Of a DNA stretch of 51,439 nucleotides, positions 17,295 to 27,943 are shown piece by piece (the first letter of the stretch is position 1; every line of letters starts with the position of its first letter). The stretch is from a virus. The notes under the pieces are model-generated. The model saw only the letters and a list, made by a program, of their open reading frames with translations. It had not been told where the DNA came from and searched no databases. The translations under genes and the position numbers were made by a program. The stretch spans positions 1-51,439 of IMG/VR virus record IMGVR_UViG_3300045988_173665; one strand, 5' to 3'.

Positions 17295-18194
17295 ATGGGA
17301 GTCAAAGTAGATTTTAAAGTAAACGTTCCACATGGGGAGATGGACATAACAGAGAATGGGCAATATGATGTTAGCGATTATGCGATTGCGAATGTTAATG
17401 TTGACAATAAAGAACAAATATGCAATGCAGAGGTTACAATACCTATTGATAATTTGAAAGAAGCTATAAATAATTATTCTAATATATGGGTCGATGATAC
17501 AAATGGGTTAAAAGATTTTATTATTGCACAACAAGGCAAAATTAAACTAACAATTAACACTTTAATAGGTGCTTTGTATATGACACTATATCCTACACTT
17601 TGGAAAGATGATACAAACGGTAGTTATAATTATCAAGGCTCGCTATACATTGAGCAAGATTTAAGTGCAATTGGTGGTTCAGATTATAATCAAATTGTAG
17701 TTAGAGCGATTGCGTGGGATAATAGCAAATACGTAGCATTTAGACCTACGATAATACCAGTTGAAAAGCAAAGTAGCGGCGGTGGAAAATACTCTAATCA
17801 CTTGCATTATGATATACATTTAGAAGGCACTTGGGATACTTCAAATCAAATAATGACTTTTGACACAGCTACTCAAAATGCAGTTAAAGCGTTATTAGAT
17901 AAATTGGATGAATTAACTGTAAGTGATAACTATGATTTTCTAGTAAATATGCGTGTAGCAGGTAAAGCTTCTGCAGAAGGTGATATAGCATTAATAGGTG
18001 CAAATATGAAACTTAATTATATTCCAGGCACATGTGCTGTAAGAAATCTACAAACACAGTTTATACTAAACGTTAATAATCCAGATACAGCAAAAATAGT
18101 AATCACTAATACTGATTTTTCTTCAAATAATGAATCATTCTACTCTTTCATAACTGGTATGTATGTAGTATTCCAATTTGATATAAACTATTAG
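17295..18194 (+). CDS. hypothetical protein
   Basis: ORF with RBS. Confidence 0.45.
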   Translation: MGVKVDFKVNVPHGEMDITENGQYDVSDYAIANVNVDNKEQICNAEVTIPIDNLKEAINNYSNIWVDDTNGLKDFIIAQQGKIKLTINTLIGALYMTLYPTLWKDDTNGSYNYQGSLYIEQDLSAIGGSDYNQIVVRAIAWDNSKYVAFRPTIIPVEKQSSGGGKYSNHLHYDIHLEGTWDTSNQIMTFDTATQNAVKALLDKLDELTVSDNYDFLVNMRVAGKASAEGDIALIGANMKLNYIPGTCAVRNLQTQFILNVNNPDTAKIVITNTDFSSNNESFYSFITGMYVVFQFDINY

Positions 18195-18214
18195 AAAAAA
18201 AGAGGAAACAACTA

Positions 18215-18592
18215 ATGAATAAAAAAGCAAAAATAACAACACTTATATTAGGTATTATATTAGGTATATTATTAACAATATGTTTTATAAATATTAAATA
18301 TAAACAACCTGGTAGTAAGGCATCAAGAATATCGATAAATGTTAAGGTTACATATCGTGTTTATTATAGTTTAGAAAGCAAGGGAATTAGTGCAGATAAA
18401 CTTTATGATGAAAAAGGCGACACCACATATTTAAAGAGAGTTTATATAACATTAAGAAATAACATATGGGTAACGTTTGTTGATGTTGAATGGGAAGAAA
18501 TTAAAAACAATGGCAAGGTGCAATACCACCCTGTAATAGGCAAACCCTACAAAGAATATTATTCAAATTTATCGTACGTAATAAAATATTAG
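18215..18592 (+). CDS. membrane-anchored protein (N-terminal transmembrane helix)
   Basis: ITTLILGIILGILLTICFI. Confidence 0.45.
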   Translation: MNKKAKITTLILGIILGILLTICFINIKYKQPGSKASRISINVKVTYRVYYSLESKGISADKLYDEKGDTTYLKRVYITLRNNIWVTFVDVEWEEIKNNGKVQYHPVIGKPYKEYYSNLSYVIKY

Positions 18593-18612
18593 AGAAAGAA
18601 AGGCAACTAGAT

Positions 18613-18801
18613 ATGACATTAGAACAAATAATCAAATTATTAAAAACTGATGGTATAGGTTCTAAACGTGTTGTTTACAAGATGTTAGAAAATGCGAGTA
18701 TAAATGAATTGTGTGAGTTGAAAAGAGATTTAAGCACGATAATAGCACAAAAGAGAGCCAATCACGAAAATAACAACCCTTGTGTGAGCGAACGAAAATA
18801 A
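18613..18801 (+). CDS. hypothetical protein
   Basis: ORF. Confidence 0.35.
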   Translation: MTLEQIIKLLKTDGIGSKRVVYKMLENASINELCELKRDLSTIIAQKRANHENNNPCVSERK

Positions 18802-18863
18802 AAAGGTGGGTAAATATTCAACTCACCCTCTCACAGAGGGCTTATAGAAAGGGCTAAAAAGAA

Positions 18864-19142
18864 ATGAAAGAAAAAGTTGAGTTAGTAAAAGAAATTATTG
18901 GTATAAGACCTGAATTGAAGAAAAAGCAAAGCAGGTTATGGAGATGTAATCGTGAGAAATTAATTTCTTTACTAAAAAGAGAACAAGAAAAAATTAAGGA
19001 AATACATATTGGCGATAAAATTATAAATGAAGAACACGAGTCGTTCGATCGAATTGTGCAATCTTTGTTTGAAATAAAAATTGATAAATACGAAACAACT
19101 GAAAATGGGTTGATAGTATATTTTTCAGAAAGTGTGAATTAG
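18864..19142 (+). CDS. hypothetical protein
   Basis: ORF. Confidence 0.4.
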   Translation: MKEKVELVKEIIGIRPELKKKQSRLWRCNREKLISLLKREQEKIKEIHIGDKIINEEHESFDRIVQSLFEIKIDKYETTENGLIVYFSESVN

Positions 19143-19342
19143 TGATAACTGAAACAAATATTAATTATTATGGTTATAAGAATTATAGTAAATATAAAAC
19201 TTATACATGTGAATATTGTAAAAAAGAGTTTAAATTAATTAAAGGCGAAACGTTATACAAACTGGCACACTTGACATTTTGTTCATACAAGTGCCGTTCT
19301 GAATACAAAAAGATAGAAAGTGAGAAAATGAAAAATGAATAG
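19142..19342 (+). CDS. small zinc-binding protein (CEYC...CSYKC)
   Basis: ORF with a GTG start overlapping the upstream stop. Confidence 0.35.
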   Translation: MITETNINYYGYKNYSKYKTYTCEYCKKEFKLIKGETLYKLAHLTFCSYKCRSEYKKIESEKMKNE

Positions 19343-19766
19343 AGAAGATTTAGTATTAGGCTGTAAAGTTGTTTGCAATGGTTATTTGAAAAAAACTAAA
19401 ATGAAATATTGCTTACCAAAACTGGATATTGAAGATTATGAGCCAGAGCAATTAAAGGTTATTAGCAATGTTGGTAATTCTGAAGGTATTAAGTATTTAA
19501 AACTTAACGAAGAGTTTGAGCAAGAGCAATACGAAGTAGTGAAATTGGCTAAACCATTTACTGGTGTATTAGTAGGAACGCAAAAGGTATTTACTAAAAA
19601 GCACTTTAAATGCGAAAATGATTTTGTTGATTATGCAGATAATTTACTAACACAAATTAAGCCGTACACAAAAAAAGAAGATTTGCAATTTGTAGCAAAG
19701 GTATATTTCAAAAAAGGACAATCAAGATTAGTTCCTTTAGAAATGGTGGAATTAATTAATGATTAG
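19335..19766 (+). CDS. hypothetical protein
   Basis: ORF. Confidence 0.4.
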   Translation: MNREDLVLGCKVVCNGYLKKTKMKYCLPKLDIEDYEPEQLKVISNVGNSEGIKYLKLNEEFEQEQYEVVKLAKPFTGVLVGTQKVFTKKHFKCENDFVDYADNLLTQIKPYTKKEDLQFVAKVYFKKGQSRLVPLEMVELIND

Positions 19767-19989
19767 CATCGAAGAAGTAATGGCATCAATGGTTAAACAA
19801 AAAATGTCGATAAGAGAGATTGCCAAAAAAATTGGAATGCCTAAATCGACATTGCACCTAAAACTACAAAATTTTGCAAAAAAGAACCCTAAATTGCCTT
19901 TAGTAATACAATACAACGATTTATTAAATAGTAATATATTAAGTATGCACTCTAAAGGTGGTAAAAATAGTTACAAAAATCGAAAATAA
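19759..19989 (+). CDS. small HTH protein
   Basis: MSIREIAKKIGMPKSTLHLKL is HTH-like. Confidence 0.4.
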   Translation: MISIEEVMASMVKQKMSIREIAKKIGMPKSTLHLKLQNFAKKNPKLPLVIQYNDLLNSNILSMHSKGGKNSYKNRK

Positions 19990-20006
19990 GAAAGAAGGAA
20001 CGTAAA

Positions 20007-20393
20007 ATGACAAAAATACAATGGATGATTTATAATTATTTAAAAGAAAAATCAGAAAAGGATGAATGGACTAGCCAAGATGAATTGGTGCGATATTTAG
20101 CCAAGAATAATTGCTTTATCGATAAACGATCATTGAGAAAGAACATACAAATGATTAGACAAGCCGATGTTATTCAAAAAGTAATATTGACATCATATTC
20201 ACAAGGCTACAAAATAATGAATGATGAGAGCCAAATCGAAATTTTAGAAAAGAGAAAGATAGCGATTTTAAAATCATTAAAACAATATTGGCGAGATATT
20301 AAACGATTAAGCCGAGATAACCAAACAAAGCTAACTTTTGGTTCAAAAGAAAGGGAATACATTGAAGCACTTTTAAAAACTACTGAAGAATAG
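20007..20393 (+). CDS. candidate terminase small subunit / DNA-recognition protein (assigned by position)
   Basis: 128-aa basic protein immediately upstream of the large terminase. Confidence 0.35.
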   Translation: MTKIQWMIYNYLKEKSEKDEWTSQDELVRYLAKNNCFIDKRSLRKNIQMIRQADVIQKVILTSYSQGYKIMNDESQIEILEKRKIAILKSLKQYWRDIKRLSRDNQTKLTFGSKEREYIEALLKTTEE

Positions 20394-20407
20394 AGGTGCA
20401 TATATGA

Positions 20408-22309
20408 ATGGCATTATACGATGACAACATAGGAATTTTTAAACAATATGTAAAAGAATATGGTTCAGCTTTGCAAATACCAGAAGTTTACAATGATGAT
20501 GAAAGCAATAAAGGGTTTTATTCTTTTATGCATTCATTTTATGAGTGGTTGTATTATCAAATACATACATTTTTAACACCTAACAAAAATATACCAAAGT
20601 ATGAAAGTGTTATTAAAACTTATTGTAATTATATTAGAGATAAAATATTACCTATTTGTAATAATAAAATAAAGCATTATAATACTAAACTTGTATCGCA
20701 AGAAAATGCACAACCTAACAGAGATTGCTTGAAAAAATGGCTTGATTTGGAAGATAACTTTTATGCATTGGCTTGTTATCGAAACTTGGAAATGATGGCA
20801 CTATATCTTGAAAGAGGTAAAACAAACAAACTGTGGGCTAAAACCATACATTTATTTAGAAATTTTTATTTTTACTCACAAAAATTAGTGTTTGAGCAAA
20901 AAATAGATATGATAAGAGCAAGTTATTTTCCAGGTGCAGGCAAAACATACGCAGTTAATATTTTGTGTGCTTGGTGGTGGGGTTATGATAATGAAGCATC
21001 AATAATCCGTGTAACATATTCTGCCGACCTATGCAAACAATTTATACAACAAATAACTGACATTTTAGATAGCCCACAATATAGAAAAGTCTTCCCAAAA
21101 TTTGATATAGGAAACGTTGGAGATGGAAAAACAAGTGGGCTATACAATAACTATTCAGTTGAAATAGGCTTTAGATTTGCATTTTCAAGCGTTCAAAACT
21201 TTTACGCAACAACACGTGATGGGCAAACAACAGGTAAAAGAGGAAATATATTAATTATCGATGATATTACAAAAGGTTCAGATGAAGCATACGATGAGAA
21301 CCTACACAAGAGATTAACAAACAAATTTGATACTGAATGGAACTCAAGAGGTGACAGCTCATATCAACCTATAATTGCCGTTGGTACAATGTGGTCTAAT
21401 TTAGACTTATTAAATGTATTACATAATAGAGCTATAAAAAATACTAATAATAACATGGAAGAAGATACTTCTTTCAAGTATACCGAATTGTCAAAAAATA
21501 ATGATGGAAGTTTAAATTCAGTCTTTATTTCAACACCTATTCTTGATTATGTAACAAATCAAAGTACTTGCCCTTTGCGATATTCAACAGAAAAAATGCT
21601 TCAAAAAAGGGACAATATGGATGAGGCACTTTGGAATGCTGTTTATCAGCAAAGACCAACACCACCAGAAGAATTTTTATTTGCAATTAGCAAACTACAA
21701 ACTTATGATGATAGCACTTACCCTAAAAAAGAAATGTTGGAAAATGAAACACAATGTTATGCATTTATCGACCCTACAAGAAAAGGAACTGACTTCTTTT
21801 CAATGCCTATTTTTAAGCGATATAGAATTGACAAAAATAGGTGGTCGAAATGGTATTGGATTGACATAATATTTGAGCAAAAAGCCACCAAAGAATTAAT
21901 GTTTGATATTGCATTTAAGATTATTAATCATAGAATTACAAAAGTGGGCTATGAAAATAACATTGATGTAAGTTTTGATTCTGCATTAAAATATACATTA
22001 AGAGATTTAAATTATAGTGGTTCAGTGACAATCGACCCATTTTACTCTTCAAACGAAAGCAAGCAAATGAAAATTAGCAATGCAGCTTTTGGAATGAAAA
22101 AAGAAATAATTTATCCTGCACCTAAAATGTTTGCAATGAATAGTCCGATGGGAAAAGCAATGAACCAACTTACAATGTGGAGTTTATCACAACGCTATGG
22201 CGACCACGATGACTGTCCCGACTCTATATCAATGTTTGTAAAATATTATTGCGAAGAGCAAAGAGCAAACACAATGGAAGTGTTTAACAAATCAATTTTA
22301 GGCTTTTAA
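20408..22309 (+). CDS. terminase large subunit
   Basis: Walker A FPGAGKTYAVN, Walker B ILIIDDITK, and a C-terminal nuclease block AFIDPTRKGTDFFS. Confidence 0.8.
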   Translation: MALYDDNIGIFKQYVKEYGSALQIPEVYNDDESNKGFYSFMHSFYEWLYYQIHTFLTPNKNIPKYESVIKTYCNYIRDKILPICNNKIKHYNTKLVSQENAQPNRDCLKKWLDLEDNFYALACYRNLEMMALYLERGKTNKLWAKTIHLFRNFYFYSQKLVFEQKIDMIRASYFPGAGKTYAVNILCAWWWGYDNEASIIRVTYSADLCKQFIQQITDILDSPQYRKVFPKFDIGNVGDGKTSGLYNNYSVEIGFRFAFSSVQNFYATTRDGQTTGKRGNILIIDDITKGSDEAYDENLHKRLTNKFDTEWNSRGDSSYQPIIAVGTMWSNLDLLNVLHNRAIKNTNNNMEEDTSFKYTELSKNNDGSLNSVFISTPILDYVTNQSTCPLRYSTEKMLQKRDNMDEALWNAVYQQRPTPPEEFLFAISKLQTYDDSTYPKKEMLENETQCYAFIDPTRKGTDFFSMPIFKRYRIDKNRWSKWYWIDIIFEQKATKELMFDIAFKIINHRITKVGYENNIDVSFDSALKYTLRDLNYSGSVTIDPFYSSNESKQMKISNAAFGMKKEIIYPAPKMFAMNSPMGKAMNQLTMWSLSQRYGDHDDCPDSISMFVKYYCEEQRANTMEVFNKSILGF

Positions 22310-22340
22310 ACCACAATTTTTGTGGTTTTTTTATTTTTTA
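22308..22340 (+). terminator. terminator AAACCACAAtttTTGTGGTTT plus a T-run
   Basis: 9-bp stem followed by TTTTTTATTTTTT. Confidence 0.6.
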
Positions 22341-22341
22341 G

Positions 22342-22370
22342 TTGACAAACATTAGAAAATGTTGTAGTAT
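22342..22370 (+). promoter_or_regulatory. promoter TTGACA, 17 nt, TGTAGTAT, with a near-palindrome ACAAACATTagaaAATGTTGT in the spacer
   Basis: Consensus -35 with a weaker -10. The spacer palindrome suggests an operator. Confidence 0.45.
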
Positions 22371-22428
22371 AAGGCGATTTTAAGACTTCCACTTGTCCTA
22401 GTGTGTCATTTTGAAAGGAAAAAAGATT

Positions 22429-23907
22429 ATGAGTACAGAAACAGAACAAGCAATAAAGAGTTTATACATGCCAAAAGTGTTTAAAGGTAGAGAAAAAGTA
22501 ATAATGCCTATTTCTAAAGAACTTTTTATGAAAGACCCATTAATTGCTTTAAGAAAATATCTAAATCAAACAATAGGTATTTTTAATGGAAATGTTAGTG
22601 ATATTGAAACTCTACACGAATATTATTTAGGTAATCAAGCGATTTTTTCAAAATTAAGAAAAGATGAATCACTAATTAATAATAAAGTAGTAGAAAATCA
22701 TATATATAAACAAGTAAATTTTAAAGTAGGTTTTATGTATGGTAATCCACTAGAATACACTATTACAAACGAGAAAAAAATAGACACTGATGATATGACA
22801 TATTTAAACTCATATTTAAACGATGTCAACAAAGCAAGTTTAGATATTGAAAAGGCACAAGATTTGTATGAATTTGGTGTTGCTTACCAAAGATTAATTC
22901 CGCGTAGACAAAAATTAAGTGAGTATGATATTGAAAGCGAAGCACCTTTTGAATTAGTAAATATGCCAGTAAGGCAAACATGTGTTGTGTATTCAAACGA
23001 TATTCCAAATGAACCATTATTTGGTATGGTAATAAGTGATGACCGCAATACAGAAAACTACAAGCCATTCAAGACAGTGCAAATTTATATGCCATATCGA
23101 AGAATAGTTTATAAAAAAAATAATTTTGTACAACCAATCGAAGATATTCCACAACCATATAGTTATATTCCTATTCAAGAGTTTTGTTTAAACAAAGATA
23201 GAATAGGTATTATCGAAATTGGTGTTCAATTGCAAAACCTAATAAACAATATTGATAGTTCGCAAATGGATGGTATTGAGGAAGAAATTAATAGTTTTAT
23301 AGTTATGATTAACCAAAGAGTTGATGAAGACTTTATAAACTTAATTAAAACGTTGAAAAGAGAGCGTGTACTTGTACTTAATACACAAAATCCACAAACA
23401 CCAGCAGACTTGAAACTTGTTTCTACCAAACTTGATCAAGGCTCAACAAATCAATTTTACGAAAGGGTTTTAAAAGCCTTATATGACATTGTAGCCGTAC
23501 CTCAAGCAAGTGGGAATGTTACGAGTGGTGGCGACACGGGGCAAGCGAGATTGCTTGGCAATGGTTGGGAATCAGCTCAAAATCAAGCACAAGTAGACCA
23601 ACAATATTTGATAAAATACGAACGGGAATTATTGAAAAACATAATTAAGATTTGCAAATTAACAGAAAAATGCCCAGTTAATGAGATAAATGCAAGTGAT
23701 GTTGCGATTAAATTTAACATTAATATGTCAAACAACTTATTAGTAAAAGCTGAAGCATTAAAGATGTTAAATGAAGCACTAGTACCAGAAAAGGCAATAT
23801 TGTCAATTTGTGGTATTACAAAAGATGTTGATGGTTTAGGCGATGACTGGAAGAAAAACAAAGCACAAATTAATCAACAAAATAATAATCAAGGTATAAA
23901 TAGTTAA
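22429..23907 (+). CDS. portal protein (assigned by position and size; ~490 aa)
   Basis: Immediately follows the large terminase; RBS AAAGGAAAAAAG; the track ORF begins at 22411. Confidence 0.6.
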   Translation: MSTETEQAIKSLYMPKVFKGREKVIMPISKELFMKDPLIALRKYLNQTIGIFNGNVSDIETLHEYYLGNQAIFSKLRKDESLINNKVVENHIYKQVNFKVGFMYGNPLEYTITNEKKIDTDDMTYLNSYLNDVNKASLDIEKAQDLYEFGVAYQRLIPRRQKLSEYDIESEAPFELVNMPVRQTCVVYSNDIPNEPLFGMVISDDRNTENYKPFKTVQIYMPYRRIVYKKNNFVQPIEDIPQPYSYIPIQEFCLNKDRIGIIEIGVQLQNLINNIDSSQMDGIEEEINSFIVMINQRVDEDFINLIKTLKRERVLVLNTQNPQTPADLKLVSTKLDQGSTNQFYERVLKALYDIVAVPQASGNVTSGGDTGQARLLGNGWESAQNQAQVDQQYLIKYERELLKNIIKICKLTEKCPVNEINASDVAIKFNINMSNNLLVKAEALKMLNEALVPEKAILSICGITKDVDGLGDDWKKNKAQINQQNNNQGINS

Positions 23908-23936
23908 ATAAACTAATTATATATATAATCAAACAA

Positions 23937-23997
23937 AGTTAGAGAAAACTTTTTAAAAAACGCAGGAAGTTAGAGAAAACTTTAAAAAACGCAAGGA
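23937..23997. repeat. tandem direct repeat (~31 + 30 bp) AGTTAGAGAAAACTTT(TT)AAAAAACGCA(A)GGA. The second copy ends in the scaffold RBS
   Basis: Seen directly. Confidence 0.7.
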
Positions 23998-24006
23998 GAA
24001 AAAAAT

Positions 24007-24552
24007 ATGAATTTTTTAAAAGCAAACAAAACACAAATTCCATTTAAATTACAATTCTTTGGTGAGGGCGAACCTACACCAGAACCAAATCCAAATCTAA
24101 AAACGTATTCACACGAAGAATATGAAAAGCTTAAAGCAAGTTTTGATAAAACTTCAAGTGAATTAGCAAGTTTGAAAAAACAAGCACAACAAAAAATGAC
24201 TGATGAAGAGAAAAAAGCAGAAGAAGATAAGGCTTTACGTGAAAAATTAGCAAATTATGAAAGCCAATTAGAAAACTTAACTCTTGAAAAGTCATTAACT
24301 AAAAACAACTTATTTAGTAGCGAAGAAGCACAAAACATTTTAAAATCAAAAGATAACAAAAGCGAAATGTTAGAAAGCATTATGACATTAGTTAGTGCAA
24401 AAATTGAACAAGCAAAGAAAAATGCAATAGCCGAGTTTATGCAATCTAGCAATGTAAATGGTGGAATTCCAACACCAAATTCTGCTGATGATGAAATTAT
24501 TGCAATGGCAAAACGAGCTTCAAAAACTACTCAAAAAAGTAATTTCTTTTAA
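24007..24552 (+). CDS. scaffolding protein (candidate)
   Basis: Charged coiled-coil-like protein between the portal and capsid genes. Confidence 0.5.
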   Translation: MNFLKANKTQIPFKLQFFGEGEPTPEPNPNLKTYSHEEYEKLKASFDKTSSELASLKKQAQQKMTDEEKKAEEDKALREKLANYESQLENLTLEKSLTKNNLFSSEEAQNILKSKDNKSEMLESIMTLVSAKIEQAKKNAIAEFMQSSNVNGGIPTPNSADDEIIAMAKRASKTTQKSNFF

Positions 24553-24589
24553 AACAAATTAAAAATTTCACAGGAGGAAAAATTTTAAT

Positions 24590-24970
24590 ATGGCTAATTA
24601 CAATTTTGAAAAAACAGTATTAGACATGCATAGCTTTTATTACACACTTCCTTGTCAAGTGACTAATACAGGCTTAACTGCCGATTCAAACGGCAAAAAA
24701 ATTATTAAAGCTGGTACACCAGTTGGTGGTGATACTAACGCTTTATTAAACAGAGATACAGCAGTTTTAATTGCAACAAACGATGCAACTAATGGTGCTA
24801 AAACACAAGGTGTAGTTATTCACGATGTAGATGTAACCGCTGGTCAAACAACAGCAACTGTTGCTTTTGCTGGTGTTATTGATATGGCAAAAATGGATGC
24901 AGGCTTTGCTCTTGACTCAAAGGTTACTTTCCCTCACGACATAATTTATATGAAAGGAAGAGGTTTCTAA
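24590..24970 (+). CDS. head decoration / minor capsid protein (candidate)
   Basis: Position between the scaffold and major capsid genes; Thr/Gly/Ala-rich. Confidence 0.35.
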   Translation: MANYNFEKTVLDMHSFYYTLPCQVTNTGLTADSNGKKIIKAGTPVGGDTNALLNRDTAVLIATNDATNGAKTQGVVIHDVDVTAGQTTATVAFAGVIDMAKMDAGFALDSKVTFPHDIIYMKGRGF

Positions 24971-24971
24971 T

Positions 24972-26006
24972 ATGCCATCAATTGCAGAATTATATACAAC
25001 TAAAAACATTAAAACTTATTGGGATGCTAGAAAGCAAGAAGAAACTAAATACGTTGGTATCGATGAGTTATTTGGTTCAAGAAAACAATTAGAAGATACA
25101 ATTGATTCAGTTTCTGGTGAAAGTGGTTATACACCAGCTTTACTATTAAATAGCCCTGATTCTAAAACAGTTTATCGTGAAAGAGGCGAAATTACTGTTG
25201 AACAAAAAAAGATACCATTCTTCAAAGAAGGTATGCAAGTAGATGAAAAACATATCATTGAATTAATGAAATTAGAGGGAAACCCTAATCGTGCATTAGT
25301 TCAAATGGTATATGATCGTATGTTTAACGATAGCTATCAACTTTACTTAAGTTCACGTATGACACGTGAAATAATGGTTAATCAATTACTTTCTGAAGGT
25401 AAAGTTTCTTTTGCCTCAAATGGTGCAGCTTTTACAGCAACTTATAAAATTACAAAAGAGACTGATTTAGCTGGTACAGCAAAATGGAGCGATTTAGAAA
25501 ATTCTGACCCTCTAAAAGATATTAGAAAGATGAAAAAAGATGCTAAAATTAATGGCGTTGCAAGAGCAATGTGTAGTCCAACAACTTTTGATTATATTGT
25601 CAACAATGCTAAAATTAAGAAACTTCTTGTTAATCCATGGGGTGGTGCCGATATATCAGATGCTGATGTATTAAATTTAATTTATGCAAGAACAAATGTA
25701 AGATTATATGTAAATGATACTTATTATATGAAAGATGATAAGAGCGATGCTCAAATCTTCCCAGATAATATCATTTCATTATTCCCTATTGGAAAATTAG
25801 GCGATATTGTATTCTCAGTTACACCTGAAGAAAGAGTATTGTTAAATACACCTAATGTTGCTACAGTTTCAATTGTTGATGATGGTGTTGCTATTGTTGA
25901 AACAGTAGACCCTGATGCAGTTGCTATTCAAACAAAGATTGCAATGCGTTGCTTACCAGCACTTGACATTTTCCCAGACCAAATTGTAACATTAAAAGTA
26001 GCATAG
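24972..26006 (+). CDS. major capsid protein (candidate)
   Basis: 344 aa, position after the scaffold gene, ATGA coupling to the upstream gene. Confidence 0.55.
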   Translation: MPSIAELYTTKNIKTYWDARKQEETKYVGIDELFGSRKQLEDTIDSVSGESGYTPALLLNSPDSKTVYRERGEITVEQKKIPFFKEGMQVDEKHIIELMKLEGNPNRALVQMVYDRMFNDSYQLYLSSRMTREIMVNQLLSEGKVSFASNGAAFTATYKITKETDLAGTAKWSDLENSDPLKDIRKMKKDAKINGVARAMCSPTTFDYIVNNAKIKKLLVNPWGGADISDADVLNLIYARTNVRLYVNDTYYMKDDKSDAQIFPDNIISLFPIGKLGDIVFSVTPEERVLLNTPNVATVSIVDDGVAIVETVDPDAVAIQTKIAMRCLPALDIFPDQIVTLKVA

Positions 26007-26037
26007 AAAAAAATAACATGCAAGGAGATGTAAAGAG

Positions 26038-26382
26038 ATGAATTGTAATTGTAACAAAGTTAATGCAATAAGTTATTTTCACGACAAATATCCTCAAATA
26101 AAAATGAGTGATTTAGAAATGCTTAATGAAAGTGCAAAAGAAATCTTAATACATCTTCTTTTTAAATCTTCATATACAGTATCAGAAACACAAAGAGCGT
26201 ATGCTTATGAACATTATCATTATTGGTTAATACGTTGTATGCAAGAAATGATAGAGCGTTCTGGAGCTACAAGTGCAATATCTTATTCTGAAAATGGCAT
26301 ATCAATATCTTGGAATCAAGCTCAATTATCACAAGCGTTGAGGGATGAAATAGTTCCGATAGCAACAGTAAAAGGGTATTAG
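26038..26382 (+). CDS. head-tail connector protein (assigned by position)
   Basis: Gene order. Confidence 0.35.
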   Translation: MNCNCNKVNAISYFHDKYPQIKMSDLEMLNESAKEILIHLLFKSSYTVSETQRAYAYEHYHYWLIRCMQEMIERSGATSAISYSENGISISWNQAQLSQALRDEIVPIATVKGY

Positions 26383-26385
26383 AGT

Positions 26386-26754
26386 ATGTGGGAAAAAGAA
26401 ATATGGATAGCCAAGAGAAAAAGTATTGAAACAAATAGTGATGGTTGGCAAATTGAGATTTTTGATAAGCCAAAAAAATACTATTTGAATTATCAACCAG
26501 TTTCTGGTATGACAAGCTATTTACAATATGGTGAGAAGATAACGGATGTATATCGAGCTTTTGTAGATAGAGCCTATTATCAAGGTGTAATAAATGTTGG
26601 CGATAGGGTGTATTTGAACGATGGCTTAATTTCAGAAGATGAGTTAAGAAAGTTAGCAGAAAGCGATAACAAGTATTGTGAGAATGCGAACTATGTTGTT
26701 AAGTCAGTATTGCCACAAAATTACAAAACAAAGATTGATTTTATTAAGAGATAG
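26386..26754 (+). CDS. head-tail adaptor protein (assigned by position)
   Basis: Gene order. Confidence 0.35.
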   Translation: MWEKEIWIAKRKSIETNSDGWQIEIFDKPKKYYLNYQPVSGMTSYLQYGEKITDVYRAFVDRAYYQGVINVGDRVYLNDGLISEDELRKLAESDNKYCENANYVVKSVLPQNYKTKIDFIKR

Positions 26755-26766
26755 GAGAAGATTAAA

Positions 26767-26934
26767 ATGGAAGAAAGAAAAAAAACTATAAAAGTACGCA
26801 AAGGTACAACAGTTAAGACCGTTCCTGAACGACAAAAAGAAGATTATTTAAGAAATGGTTGGTATGTTGAAAAAGATTATGCAAATATGAATCCATTTAT
26901 AAATAATTCAATTTATAATACTAAAAACAAATAA
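26767..26934 (+). CDS. small basic protein (~55 aa), not in the ORF track
   Basis: RBS AGGAGAAG before the ATG. Confidence 0.3.
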   Translation: MEERKKTIKVRKGTTVKTVPERQKEDYLRNGWYVEKDYANMNPFINNSIYNTKNK

Positions 26935-26940
26935 TATATT

Positions 26941-27453
26941 ATGTTAGATATAAAGTTTGATGGTAATTCAATAAGAGACATACAAGCAAGAATTAAGCAA
27001 TACCAAAAACTTATTAAAATCGTTAACGAACAATTTATAATTGAAAGCCTTGAATGGATTCGAGACAAGGCAAATGACAATCTAGAACATAGAGTTGGTT
27101 ATTTTGCAGGGACTTTAAATTTAAGAGAATATTGGCAAATTACAAAAACGAGTGAGAATGCTTACGAGTTAAGAAATACCAATGAAAAAGGGGCTTATGT
27201 TGAATTTGGTACTGGTATTGTGGGCTATGGTTCACACGAAAAAGCTGATGAAGTTCGATACGAATATGATGTAAACAATCATGGTGCGTTTGGGTGGAAT
27301 TGGTACAATGAAAAAGATGGTTACCTAGTTAAAGGTTTTACAGGTTATGAGGGTAAATCATTCTTGTGGGATGCATTTTTTGATTATTATTCAAATGGAG
27401 AATTTGCAAAAATTTACGAGCGTATTTATAGGCAAATTATTGGTTTAAGTTAA
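26941..27453 (+). CDS. head closure / neck protein (assigned by position)
   Basis: Gene order. Confidence 0.35.
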   Translation: MLDIKFDGNSIRDIQARIKQYQKLIKIVNEQFIIESLEWIRDKANDNLEHRVGYFAGTLNLREYWQITKTSENAYELRNTNEKGAYVEFGTGIVGYGSHEKADEVRYEYDVNNHGAFGWNWYNEKDGYLVKGFTGYEGKSFLWDAFFDYYSNGEFAKIYERIYRQIIGLS

Positions 27454-27472
27454 ATAGGAGTGATAAAAGTAT

Positions 27473-27922
27473 ATGTTAAACACAAAAGTTGAAAATAGCA
27501 CGGTTTTTGAGCCTTATAATGAAATTTACGAGGTATTGAAAGACTATGTAGAGAATACATACAATAACAATCACGTTGGGAGCAAGAAAGTTGAGGTTTT
27601 GAAAAACAAAATTTCACAAGAAACACCATGTGTAATATTTAGCGAACCGATAAACAAATTACAAACACAAAGCACAACATATGATAATACTACAAGAACA
27701 CTTAATTATGATATAAACATATATTGTAATAAAAACAATAATAGTGAACAAATTGTTAGAGAATTGGCAATTTTGGTAATTGAGGTAATGCAAGGACATT
27801 ATCATATGAATGGTGGTGTAATAGCAATTATGCCACAATTTGATAGCCCTCTAAAAGATAGTTATCAAGCGAACTTAAGATTTACAACTAACTATATACC
27901 AAGTAGAAGTAAGTTGTATTAA
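27473..27922 (+). CDS. tail completion protein (assigned by position)
   Basis: Gene order. Confidence 0.35.
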   Translation: MLNTKVENSTVFEPYNEIYEVLKDYVENTYNNNHVGSKKVEVLKNKISQETPCVIFSEPINKLQTQSTTYDNTTRTLNYDINIYCNKNNNSEQIVRELAILVIEVMQGHYHMNGGVIAIMPQFDSPLKDSYQANLRFTTNYIPSRSKLY

Positions 27923-27943
27923 AAATTTAAAAGGAGAAAACAA

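Noticed and set aside
21621-21869. 82-aa + strand ORF nested in the large terminase gene
   Set aside because: An alternative frame inside a high-confidence gene.
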